From Octopus bimaculoides (Eukaryota): 64,000 bases of DNA. Positions 25,112-38,687 of this stretch are shown here, piece by piece. The notes beneath the pieces are model-generated. The model saw only the letters and a program-made list of their open reading frames with translations. It was not told the origin of the DNA and searched no databases. The position numbers and the translations under genes are program-made. Location: NCBI RefSeq assembly GCF_001194135.2, contig NC_068987.1:98205032-98269031 (forward strand). Reading direction: 5' to 3'. Each line of letters begins with the position of its first letter. Position 1 is the first letter of the stretch.

Positions 25112-26280
25112 GATGAACCGGTTTGGCAGGGGAATCCTGAAGTGGACAGAGAAGGAGCTAAAGGTGATGGACAGGAAATCACGAAAGCTCCTAACGATGC
25201 AGGGTACCCATCATTTACGTGCAGACACTGATCACCTATATATGAAGAGAGCAAATGGAGGATGGGGACTGATAAGTGTGGAAGACTACGTGCGTATCGA
25301 ACTCGAGAGCTTAATGAGATACCTAGTCGAAAGTAAGGAAACTTTGTTAGTGACAGTTAGGAATGTGAGAATATTGAGAACAGAGAAAAGGGGGAAACGA
25401 ATGAAGAAGTACAAAAAGGACATGAAGAAGAGTTACGCAAGAAGGTACTATACAATCAATTCCATATAGCCACAACAGAAGTTGCTGGAAATAAAAGGTG
25501 AGATTAGCTGGTGAAAGGAACACTATACTGCACTGTGCTGGCAGCGCAGGGCGAAGCTTTGGCCACGAAATGGAGGACCAACCTTAGGAATGCGCAAGTG
25601 TCTCTACTGTACCTCATCTGCAATAAAGTGCATGAAACTATTGCCCATATCACGAACAAATGCCTTTGCTAGGATTGCCCAGAACCACTACAAGTTATAG
25701 CGATATGACCATGTAGCAACAGTGCTACATTGGATACTGCGATAAGTGGGGGAAGAGTGAAGCAAGATGTGGTATGATCAGAAACTCCAGAGAGTGGAGG
25801 AGTCGGAAACTAGCAAAATCTTTTGGGATTTCCCAATCTAAACAGATCAGATGCTAGAGCATAACAGACCGGATCCAGCGGTGGTGGACAAGGTGCCCCA
25901 CATACGCTGTATAGTTGATGTTCATGCTCCTTTGACCCACGAATAGTCAAGAAGAAAGGCAAAAAGATAGATAAGTACAACCCTCTTAAGTACGAAATAG
26001 CCCGGCTATGGAAAATGAAGAAGGTGAAGATAGTGCCAATTATTGTTGGGTCCTTAGGAACAGTATCAGAAGGCATCAAGAGGTATCTCAAGTAAATTGG
26101 AATATAGTGTCCAGTAGAACTGTTTCAAAAGTTTTGCCTCCTTAGAACGGCTAGAATAACCACGAAAGTATTTGATAGCTGAAAAGAACGAGTAGCATTC
26201 TACCATAGGCTGCCGGTAGTAAGCCTGCTACGTATGCAAGCTCCAGGAGCTCCAGCAAAACCTGTGATAAAGATAAAATT
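25112..26280 (+). mobile_element. 5'-truncated R4/Dong-like retrotransposon with CCHC knuckle and restriction-like endonuclease
   Basis: WTEKELKVMDRKSRKLLTMQGTHHLRADTDHLYMKRANGGWGLISVED; ICNKVHETIAHITNKC; KIFWDFPI*TDQMLEHNRPDPAVVDK (PD of PD-(D/E)xK); DKYNPLKYEIARLWKMKKVKIVPIIVGSLG. A short 3' UTR ends in a (TAA)n tract. Confidence 0.9.
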
Positions 26281-26336
26281 ATAATAGTAATAATAATAAT
26301 GATAATTGTGATAATAATAATAATAATAATAGCAAT

Positions 26337-27150
26337 AATGGCCAGTTTTGGAAAACCATTGAAAGCCATGTGGAACAAAATCCTGGACTTGGTTAAAAAA
26401 GAAGCATTCGAAAAAAAAACAAAAAAAACAGAGAGCCTAATTTTAGCTTCAACTTGAGAAAAATATATATGGAAAGAATGTGTCAGAAAAATGTAGAGCC
26501 TGTGGAAGTTGGAACGAGACAGTGGCACTCATTGTGGCAGAATGTCCTAGAAAGAATATAAGAAATGAGACATGATTAGGTTGTTAAAGTTTTACACTGG
26601 AAGCTGTGCCAGAAATGGAGATTTGAAGTTGTAAACACTTGGTACAATAATCGAATCGAAAGGGTACTGGAGTCTGAGAAATGCAAGATTTTGTGGGACT
26701 TTCTTATTCAAACGGACAAGAAGCTGGATAATAATAGACCAAACATAACAATTATAGATAGGGGAAAGTGAAATTGCTTACTGATCACTCCATCATGCCT
26801 GTTTGATTCTAAAATCTTAAAGAGGAAGAAAGACAAAACAATAGAATCCCTTAAAATTTGAAATGGGAAGAATTTGGAGCATGCGAACAGTAAAGGTCGT
26901 GCTATAATAATAGGTGCGTTGGGAATAGTAAGCTATGATGTAAGACAAATGGTTGAAGGAGATTGAAATAGAACACCCGGTAGAGCTTCTACAGAAAGTT
27001 TGTCTCTTAGGGACAGCAAGGATTATTCAGGAGGGTTCTGAGAACTTGAAGGACTGCTGAAAACTTGTGGATGCCTAAGGTTACAGGTAGTAACCCGCTA
27101 TCCACATAATTTCTACCAGCAATGAGACCGAACCTGAGCCAACCAAAATA
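26337..27150 (+). mobile_element. Second, divergent 5'-truncated R4/Dong-like retrotransposon in tandem
   Basis: GQFWKTIESH, KSWTWLKK, CRACGSWNETVALIVAEC, LHWKLCQKW, KILWDFLIQTDKKLDNNRPNITIID and IIGALGIV, followed by a different 3' UTR and an AAT/AAC-rich tail. Confidence 0.85.
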
Positions 27151-28609
27151 ACAATTATAACGATTACGGAAAACACAGAAAACCTCCAGGATTTACAGTT
27201 TGCACTACATATAGAAAAAAGGACACTATTAGATATTACAAGAATTATATAGTTATTACAATAGAAACAAAAAAGTCAAGAGAACTGATCATATAAACAA
27301 AGAACAGACAGCTATGCTTGGTGGAATATTGGAAGTTCGCAATAAAAAGAAAAGAGCTCTAGAGCAAGAACGGCAACCACAACCACTACAGTATCGTAAT
27401 TATTGTCATCCGTAATAATTAGTGGAAATAAAGATGTGTTTCTCAACATATATTATTTATCGCTTTCAATAAAGAAGATAGAAAATAAAATTTGAAAGCA
27501 TTTAAAATGAAACGAAAATTGCTTGCGAAAGATAAATAAGTAAAATACTGCGATTTTACTAAAAAGATAAGTATAATGCATTGTGAATTTTTCTTATCTG
27601 AAATTGTTTTTATAGCTCTATAATAGACTTCCACATCCGTAGTTTCGCTTTCTTGTCATAAGAATACATACTCTAAAATAGACACACTCATATACAAATG
27701 CAGACACACACACACATGCGTATATACATATATACTCGCTTATTTACATAACTATGTATATGCATGTATATATACTTAGAAACACACACATATACATTAT
27801 ATACATGCGTATATCCATATATATATATATATATAATTCCATAGGTACTTCCATGTATATTAAACATACACAGCCAGCACAGAAAGACACACACACACAT
27901 GATTCCATTTGTACATTCATGCATTTCACACAGACATACATATACACATACACAAACATATATGCCTACATATACTTTGACAGATACACGTATCTCACTG
28001 TGTTCGTGATAAACAGAGAGCAATATGTTGTTTATCGCTTTTGTTAATTTCCCATTATAGCAGTAACATGATTGTATATTCAAACATATGTGAAATATCT
28101 CTATGGAAACATGCAGGAAATTAAATTAGATGAGAGAGATAAACATAGATCAGTAAATGTTGACTAAATTAGAAAACAGTTCGGGGAAATGAATTCAAAA
28201 AGAGAAAGCATAAAGCAAAACATATAGAAGTATATTTAAACTGAACGTATGGAAAAATAACTGACGTAAGGGAATATATATATAACAAGGTATATATACA
28301 TATATGTGTGTGTGTGCGCGCGTGTGTGTGAGTGTACATATCAATGAGCAAAACGAACGCCATTATTGGGAAAATATGGCAGCTTTCTGACATAGTTGTA
28401 TTAGGTTAGGTGAGATATAAATGTCAGACGCCATTATTTGCAAACTAACTCACAAGCCAATTAAGTACGCTAAACATATATTTAACACTATCTAATAAAT
28501 ATATATATATACACGCACCCATTTATCTATCCATCCGTGTATAGGTACATATGTAGTACATGCATGCGTACACAAATGCATATACATACATATTATATGT
28601 ATATATATG

Positions 28610-28641
<32 letters not shown>

Positions 28642-29907
28642 GTAAATGAGTATATGCATATATACGTACAGGTATGTGCATACCGACATCCACCTGTATG
28701 TATAGGTGCATATCTGGGTACAGGATATTGCAAACAAAACGTAGACGAGAAAACACACAAGCCACATAGAGAACATTCTACTTCATCAGCTACCCCCGTT
28801 TTAACACCGGCGTTTCGAAGAGCTGAGCAGGACGCGTCGTTAAAACGGCTCTTCCCATGGACTGCAAATTAAATTTGTATACACAAATTAAATCTTGCCA
28901 NNNNNNNNNNNNNNNNNNNNNNNNNNNNNNNNNNNNNNNNNNNNNNNNNNNNNNNNNNNNNNNNNNNNNNNNNNNNNNNNNNNNNNNNNNNNNNNNNNNN
29001 NNNNNNNNNNNNNNNNNNNNNNNNNNNNNNNNNNNNNNNNNNNNNNNNNNNNNNNNNNNNNNNNNNNNNNNNNNNNNNNNNNNNNNNNNNNNNNNNNNNN
29101 NNNNNNNNNNNNNNNNNNNNNNNNNNNNNNNNNNNNNNNNNNNNNNNNNNNNNNNNNNNNNNNNNNNNNNNNNNNNNNNNNNNNNTATGTGTGTATGAAC
29201 GCTGTGAGGCACGAACTTGAAAGTAGGGACGAAGTAGTTCGCGTGTTTGCTCGGCGATAGCCAAGGAAGAAAAGGATTATTGACCGGAAGCATGTGACCA
29301 CGCCGGTTTAAGGGAAAGAGAGAGAGTGGTAGAGGGAGAAACAAAGGGAGGAAGTAGAAGAATAGGTGAGCAACGAGAGGAAAAGAGAAAGAGAGGAAGT
29401 ACGAGGGGGAAAAAAGAGATACGTAGTAGTAACAGAAGAAGAACGAGAGGGGTAAAGCGAGATACGTAGTAGTAAAGAGGAAGAACGAGAGGGGGGAAAT
29501 GATAGAGGAAGAGAAAGAGAAAGAGATAGAGTATCGTCGGAAAATATGAAGTTACGAAAACTAATTACAATTGGAGACGCTGCGTTCAGTCATGTAAAAA
29601 CAATTAGTAAATGAGTATATGCATATATACGTACAGGTATGTGCATACCGACATCCACCTGTATGTATAGGTGCATATCTGGGTACAGGACATTGCAAAC
29701 AAAACGTAGACGAGAAAACACACAAGTCACATAGAGAACATTCTACTTCANNNNNNNNNNNNNNNNNNNNNNNNNNNNNNNNNNNNNNNNNNNNNNNNNN
29801 NNNNNNNNNNNNNNNNNNNNNNNNNNNNNNNNNNNNNNNNNNNNNNNNNNNNNNNNNNNNNNNNNNNNNNNNNNNNNNNNNNNNNNNNNNNNNNNNNNNN
29901 NNNNNNN

Positions 29908-29948
<41 letters not shown>

Positions 29949-30818
29949 GTGTGTGTGCAAGGGAGAGAGATCATCGTTGGGATGTGTATATCTATGCATC
30001 AGTAGATGTGTGTCTGTGTTATGCATCCGATAATGTAGGTCAAACAAACATTGCACTGGACAATTTTTATATTCTGAGAAACACCCCCTGCAGAGATATA
30101 AACAATACACAATTTTGTGATAGATTACAAGTCAAGCCATTACATTTATCGTATTGACAATATCAATACATGCCGTAATCAACGAAATCATGTAAAAGTG
30201 ATATGATATATAAGTATATATAAAACATTCTGCTTATGTATGTATGCATGTATGCTTGAATGTAAGGATGTATGCATGTTTGTATGTTTGTATACATACA
30301 TGTGTGTGTGTGTGTGTGTGCCTGCCTGTTTGCGTGTGTGTACATTTACATATATATATACATACATATATGTACATACACATAAGGTTATGTGTGTGTA
30401 TGTAGTCAATTGTATGCATATATATATATATATATATGTTAAAACAGAGGTATAAGATTCTTATAATTACGAGATATACACATTCACACACACACACACT
30501 CACATATATATGTGCACATGAAAATGTATACATACACATACACACATATATTTGATGCAAAAGTGACTGCGGTGTTATTATTTAAAAGATTGTTGCTTAA
30601 TTTAGGAATAAGATTTTATTTAACCATATTTATGCAACAATAATTCGAAGCACCAGTTTTGGTTTGTTGATATTGCTGATGAGTTTGCTCTTTCTGTGTC
30701 TCTGTCTCAGCCTGTCTCTCTTTCTTTCTCTTTCTGTATATATAGACACACATGCATACACACATACACACGTAGATACAGTCACATATATACATACATA
30801 CACGCTTACATACGCACA

Positions 30819-30855
<37 letters not shown>

Positions 30856-30997
30856 NNNNNNNNNNNNNNNNNNNNNNNNNNNNNNNNNNNNNNNNNNNNN
30901 NNNNNNNNNNNNNNNNNNNNNNNNNNNNNNNNNNNNNNNNNNNNNNNNNNNNNNNNNNNNNNNNNNNNATATACACATATATATATATATATATACG

Positions 30998-31401
30998 AGT
31001 GACTGTGTGGTAAGTAGCTTGCTTACCAACCACATGGTTCCGGGTTCAGTCCCACTGCGTGGCACCTTGGGCAAGTGTCTCCTACTATAGCCTCGGGCCG
31101 ACCAAAGCCTTGTGAGTGGATTTGGTAGATGAAAACTGAAAGAAGCCCGTCGTATATATGTATATATATAAATGTATATGTGTGTATATGTTAGTGTGTC
31201 TGCGCTTGTGCCTGAAACATCGCTTGACAACCGATGTTGGTGTGGTTATGTCCCTGTAACTTAGCGGTTCGGCAAAAAGAGACCGATAGAATAAGTACTA
31301 GGCTTACAAAGAATTAGTCCTGGGGTCGATTTGCTCGATCAAAGGCGGTGCTCCAGCATGGCCGCAGTCAAATGACTAAAACAAGGAAAGAAATAAAGAA
31401 A
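30998..31401 (+). mobile_element. SINE family A copy
   Basis: GAGTGACTGTGTGGTAAGTAGCTTGCTTACCAACCACATGGTTCCGGGTTCAGTCCC...GGCGGTGCTCCAGCATGGCCGCAGTC; close to the window consensus. Confidence 0.9.
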
Positions 31402-32074
31402 TATATGCATGCATATATATATGGTGTGTATGTATGTGTGTATGGATGGATGAATGAATGGATGAATGAATGTATGGATGGATGATTGGATCTATGTATG
31501 AATGTATACCTGCGTATGCGTGTGTGTTTGTGTTACCAATTCGCCATAACCAATGCCAATGTTCTATATTTATATAACCACCTGAATTTTGGTTTTGAAC
31601 TTTAAATTTGGCAGTGACTCTTGTAGTACATCACATTAGCAAAATATCTATACAGGTAATATACCATTATCAGAATAAAAATTAGAACTCCCCACCGCCG
31701 ACTGGATAGCATAAATTTAACGATTAAAATTCAAATTCTCAGAATTATGCCAGCAACAATCACATTGATCCAGCTTTCATTGAAAGTAACAGCAACACAT
31801 GCTGTCGGTTACTAAAGCAGAGGATTATGCCGTTTTAAGCTAGATCTGCTAAGTTTTGACCTGAGAATGTTTCTGTTTAAGACACAGCTAACATAAAATA
31901 ACAGACTATGTTGATTTTTCATTTTTAACTCTTTTAAGATTATGAAATGCTTCCTGAATACTAAAATGTATTTCAATCCAAATTTTATTATCATTTCAAG
32001 ATACATATCATTTTGAGGATGCTGTCTTTCAGTCTTGATTTGAGTTAGGTAAGAAAGACCCTTATTACAGCGGA

Positions 32075-32083
32075 AGCTCACTC

Positions 32084-32171
<88 letters not shown>

Positions 32172-32257
32172 NNNNNNNNNNTCTGTCTCTCTCTCTGTCT
32201 GTCTGTCTGTCTGTCTCTGTGTCTCTCTGTCTCTCTGTATCTCTGTCTGTCTCTCTG

Positions 32258-32322
<65 letters not shown>

Positions 32323-32443
32323 GTCTGTCTGTCTGTCTGTCTCTCTGTCTGTCTCTCTGTCTCTCTGTCTCTCTCTCTCTCTCTCCCTCTCTCTCTCTAT
32401 CTCTCTCCCTCTCTCTCTCTCTCTCTCCCTCTCTCTCTCTCTG
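32075..32443. repeat. Compound (CTGT)n/(CT)n microsatellite
   Basis: Read directly from the sequence; spans an 11-nt N gap. Confidence 0.95.
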
Positions 32444-32499
32444 TTTCGATGCAAGTTTGAAGCATAGAACTGCTATACTTCTAGGAATTTTAAACATGT

Positions 32500-33560
32500 T
32501 CATTGATGATGCTTCTGGGTCATAACATGATTGTATTCTCTCTCGATTGGTTTCAACAGTTTCGATAATGGCAACAATTATGTCTTTGAATAGGTCGTTT
32601 CTTTAATAGAGAAGGCACTTCAATTATCTTGGATTCAGATTTCGGATGGGAAGTTGGAGACACTGCTAACAAAGCGATGCATATTTTTCCATATAGTTTC
32701 TGTACGATGGTTTGCATTGGAGTTTATGATAACATAATTTCAAAAGCGGAAAAATTGCAAGAAAAATTAAATGATCATTATTTAGATAATCAATCTAGTT
32801 CTATTTTCCCTTTTGGAATATTGAATTCTTTTCTTGACATTTTCTTTTAGTAAAATTGTTATTGGAATTTTTTGTCGATCCATTTTTTCAATAACAAGAG
32901 ACTTTCCTTCGGCAGAGCTGAAGGTTTTAATCTTGCAACCTTTTTTTAAATTTTTTGCTCAAATGCAATTTTAACTGGTTTCATTACTGATACAAAATCA
33001 CGAATTGCATTAAATTCATTGTTAGAAAATTCAAGAGATTCTATGCTGTCGATCATTATTTTTTAGAACAGAAACTGTAAGGAACAAGAATCACTCAAAC
33101 ATTACAAATAGACCATTCCATCTTGTTTTATTATCATTTATTATTACAATTTTTTAAGGTGGCGAACTGGCAGAAACGTTAGCACACCAGGCGAAATTCT
33201 TAGCGGTATTTCGTCTGTCTTTACGTTCTGAGTTCAGCTTCCGCAGTGGACAACTTTCCTTTTCGGATTTGATAAATTAAGTGCCAGTTGCGTCCTAGGA
33301 TTATTCTAATCGACTGGCCCCCTCACACCCCAAGTCTTTAGGCTATGTGTCTGGAATAGAAAAGATAAATTCAAATTATTGATCAAGTTTTTGTTTACTT
33401 ATTCTTGAAACATTTCTAGCAATTTTTGTTGGAGATCTGTGAGATGAACTGACAAGTTTTCTACTCACTTAATAGCACTGGCAATGGTTAAATCTTCTTC
33501 ATCTGAATGTTCTGTAAAAGGTCGGTCCTTTTCTAAGCTCGGTCTGATGTCAAGTGAACC
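32500..33560 (-). mobile_element. Possible degraded hAT-like transposase remnant, interrupted by a SINE
   Basis: Minus-strand peptides IASAIK..KLVSSSHRSPTK, LEFSNNEFNAIRDFVSVMKPVKIAFEQ and LKENVKKRIQ loosely follow hAT transposase patterns. No catalytic motif confirmed. Confidence 0.35.
33156..33365 (+). mobile_element. SINE family B copy
   Basis: TAAGGTGGCGAACTGGCAGAAACGTTAGCACACCAGGCGAAATTCTTAGCGGTATTTCGTCTGTCTTTACGTTCTGAGTTC. Confidence 0.8.
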
Positions 33561-33745
33561 TAATTATTAAGTACATTCATAATCACAGGTTCTTCAATTC
33601 GATCAACATCCGTAAAAATAACTAAACATGGACAATTTTCGTTCCAAGAGTTATTAGTCAACACAGCTTCATCTTTGTTTGACTAAGTTTTTCTCTGTCA
33701 GTCACTCACACATTCACTCACTACAAAAACTGAATGGAATTTCAA

Positions 33746-33800
<55 letters not shown>

Positions 33801-34599
33801 CCTCTCTCTGATATACACACAGACTATCAACATTACTCTCTCTGTCTCGCACACCCCATCAAACATACACACACACACAGACATACGCACGCACATCAAT
33901 TCTTCCGTCTCACGCCAACTTCAAAAGAAGCTCAGTCATAAAACTGCCCATGTCTCATTTCATTTGACGCCCTCTTCAAAGGATCCCCTTTCCCCAAAAC
34001 ACATATTAAAAAAATATTTTCACTTGTCCGGCCATTGATCGAGAGATAAAACACAAACCACCTCCTGCTGACTGCAAATCTCCCGCCAAATTAGCCGAAA
34101 AAAACACACACACATACATACACACATGTCCATTTCAGATATCTTTCACTTTCTCTATGATTATACACACGTCCAATACAATAGCCCTCACATATACTTT
34201 CGTCTTCAACAGGTATTTACCTATTCTATAATATAAATTGTTTTTCTACAAGAGTATAACAATTACTTATTCCATACTTCTTCACTTAGATTTTATCTTC
34301 ACTCTTCTTAACTTGGATACTTCAGCTATTAATTCTTACATACAATTTCCCCGTTAATTCTTACAGCTTAATTTTCTGTTAAAGCAATTCTTAACGTCAA
34401 CTTCTTAATGTCTCTTCTATTTTTCCTAGCGCCAATACATACAGAGAACAGCGATTAAAACATTTTCTAATGCAATTCCACTTATTTCGATCGTTAAAAC
34501 AACCAGTTGCTCACACACATTAGAGTTTCTCATTCAAACTACATGATAGGCAGAATTGTCGCATAAATAGAGTAGGGAGTTTTGAAGGAGACTTTGCTG

Positions 34600-36259
34600 C
34601 TATGGAAAGTTCCAAGGGATGGGAGGAATTACTTCCTGGAAAGTTCCGAGGGCCAAATTACGTCCTGGAAAGTTCAAAGAAAGGGGACGAGGGGGGGAAT
34701 TACTTCCTGGAAAGTTCCGAGGATGGGAGGTATTACTTCATGGAAATTTCTGTGGAGTAGAAGGAATTACTTACTGGAAAGTTCCGATAGTTCCTGGAAA
34801 GTTCCAAGGCATCCTGGAAAGTTCCAAAGAGAGGGAGAAATTATTTCCTGGGAAAGTTCCGCGGGGTAGGGGGAATTGTATCGTGAAAAATTCCAAGGAA
34901 GGGGATGGGGGAATAATTACTTCATGGAAAGTTCCGATGAAGGGTGGGGGAAATTACTTCTTGGAAAGTTCCGAGGAGGGGGGCGAATTACTTCCTGTAA
35001 AGTTCCAAGGAAGGGAAGGAATTACATCCTGGAATGTTCCGAGGAGAGGGTGCGAATTACTTGCTGTAAAGTTCCAAGGAAGGAGAGTAGGGGAGGAATT
35101 ACTTNNNNNNNNNNNNNNNNNNNNNNNNNNNNNNNNNNNNNNNNNNNNNNNNNNNNNNNNNNNNNNNNNNNNNNNNNNNNNNNNNNNNNNNNNNNNNNNN
35201 NNNNNNNNNNNNNNNNNNNNNNNNNNNNNNNNNNNNNNNNNNNNNNNNNNNNNNNNNNNNNNNNNNNNNNNNNNNNNNNNNNNNNNNNNNNNNNNNNNNN
35301 NNNNNNNNNNNNNNNNNNNNNNNNNNNNNNNNNNNNNNNNNNNNNNNNCGTGGTGGGGGAGGAATTACTTCCTGCAAAGTTCCGAGAATGGGGCTTCCTG
35401 GAAAGTTCTGATGATGAGCTATTTCCTGGAAAGTTCCGAAGGTGAGCAATTTCCTGGAAAGTTCGTAAAGGTTAGAGGATGAGCTACGTACTGGAAACTT
35501 CCGGTGACTTCCTAGAAATTCCAATGAAGTGCTGACGAATTACTTCCTGTAATGTTCCAAGGAAGTAGATGAGGTGGAGGAATTAATTCCTGGAAAGTAC
35601 CGAGGAGGGCGATGAATTACTTCCTGGAAATTTCAAAGGAAGGTGAGGGTGAGGAATTACTTCCTGGACAGTTCTGAGGATGGGACTACCTGAAAAGCTG
35701 CAAGGGCATCCTGGAAATATCCAAGGATGAGCTACCTCCTGGGAAGTTCACATGAACAACTTCCTGGAAAGTTCCGAGGATGGGATTTCCTAGAAAGCTC
35801 CAACTGATTCCTAGAAAGTTCCGAGGATAGGACATCCTGGAAAGTTTACATGAGCAACATCCTTGAAAGTTCGGAGAGTCCCGAGGATGAGCAATTTCCT
35901 AGAAAGTTCCAAGAATGGGACTTTCAACAATTTCCTGGAACGTTCCAATGTGGCACTTCCTGGAAAGTTCCAAGTACTTTCTGGAAAGTTCTGAGGATGG
36001 GGGCTTCCTGGGAATTTCCGAAGATGAGCTACTTCCTGGAAAGTTCGGAGAGTCCCGAGGGGAAAATTCCGAGGATGACCAACTTCCTGGAAAGTTCAAA
36101 GGATGGGTCTGCCAATGATTTCCTGGAAATTTCCAAGGACTTCCTGGAAACGTCCGAGTATGGGCTTCCTGAGAAGTTCCAAGGATGAGCAACTTCCTGG
36201 AAAGCTCGGTGACTCCCGAGGGGAAAGTTCCGAGTATGACCAATTTCCTAGATAGTTCC
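34600..36259. repeat. Complex tandem array built on core TTCCTGGAAAGTTCC with variable spacers
   Basis: About 15 cores in 34600-35104 and about 30 in 35349-36259 by manual count, all in one orientation. The array is interrupted by one N gap and bounded by another. Confidence 0.95.
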
Positions 36260-36407
36260 NNNNNNNNNNNNNNNNNNNNNNNNNNNNNNNNNNNNNNNNN
36301 NNNNNNNNNNNNNNNNNNNNNNNNNNNNNNNNNNNNNNNNNNNNNNNNNNNNNNNNNNNNNNNNNNNNNNNNNNNNNNNNNNNNNNNNNNNNNNNNNNNN
36401 NNNNNNT

Positions 36408-37456
<1,049 letters not shown>

Positions 37457-38283
37457 AGAGCAGATTTGGATATAATTTAGTAGTTGTTGGATATGATTTA
37501 GTAAATGTTGGCCAACTTCATGTTAAATATGTTACATATTCACAGCATTAGTTCTGAGTTGAAAACGCACAGACAGGACAATTGTATCATTCTGTGCTCA
37601 CGATTATTTTTCTGAGCTTAAGAAACATTAATGAACGGATAATTAAGTTACCTATAAAATTATCGGAACATTTGTAGTTTTATTGAAGCATTATATGTAG
37701 TACTGAACTTGTATTGTTTATGTCATTGCATCATCTATAGTCCATATGTATTACATTAATGTACAACTAATACTAACATGCTGTTTTAAATATAATCGTT
37801 GGCAGTAACATGATTATTATACAAAGAAATGACATGCGCCTATTGGGTTAAATGGCGACAAAATTTTGGCAGTGTCAAGTACTTTTATATGTAGACATCA
37901 TTTAATGCATATTTTTACATGAAGTAAAGAGGTAAATGGAAATATATAACGGCAAATAAAAAGAAACTCTGAGAGTTACAAACACAGATAATTCGCAGTT
38001 GGCTTGAAACGTTCGTAACTGTGACCGTTTAGATGGAGAACAGCCAGAATTGTGCAGTACTATGGTGAAAGATTTTCAGCTGTAATTCAATGGCTTCTTT
38101 ATTTTGGAACTACTATTCCTTATTCCGTCTTTTATAAAGACACAGTATATCTATGTTTAATTTATCAAATACATATTTCTCTTTTGTAATAAGGACAGTG
38201 CCTGATTTGAGGAAATCTGTATATAGAATATATGATATGTGTGTGTGTGTGTGTGTGTGTGTATTTGTACACACATGTCGTGT

Positions 38284-38605
38284 ATCAAAGATACTCTGAA
38301 AAGCAACCTCATACAGAACGCCATTGGTCTATACGATCTTGAAGTTTCTGCCGCAGACAGATCGGCGTGGAGATCTCTCACCTAACGAACAGCAGCTGCC
38401 TTCGAAGAGGACCGGTGACAGCATCTTGCTGTTGCAAGTGACGGACGTCACAAGGCAGCATCCGTCTGAATTCAAACAACAGAATAGCGTTGTGATACCT
38501 GTGGGCGGGTATGTCCTTCCAGCTTTGGTCTGCGGAATCAAATGCGCTTTCACCGCAAAGTACACAGATTTTGTCATCGTCGGACACCGGCGGACTACCA
38601 ATAAT
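38284..38605 (+). mobile_element. RTE-clade LINE 3' end (5'-truncated)
   Basis: IKDTLKSNLIQNAIGLYDLEVSAADRSAWRSLT*RTAAAFEEDR...CDTCGRVCPSSFGLRNQMRFH matches the RTE C-terminus KD.LK..L......WE..A.DR..WR...FE..R...C..CGR.C.S.IGL.SH.R.H. It ends in an AT-rich tail. Confidence 0.8.
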
Positions 38606-38632
38606 ATATATATATAGACATTTATATCTATC

Positions 38633-38687
<55 letters not shown>

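Noticed and set aside
34600-36259. CRISPR-like look of a conserved repeat with variable spacers
   Set aside because: The core is only ~15 bp and degenerate, the spacers are short and related to each other, there are no cas genes, and the context is an animal genome.
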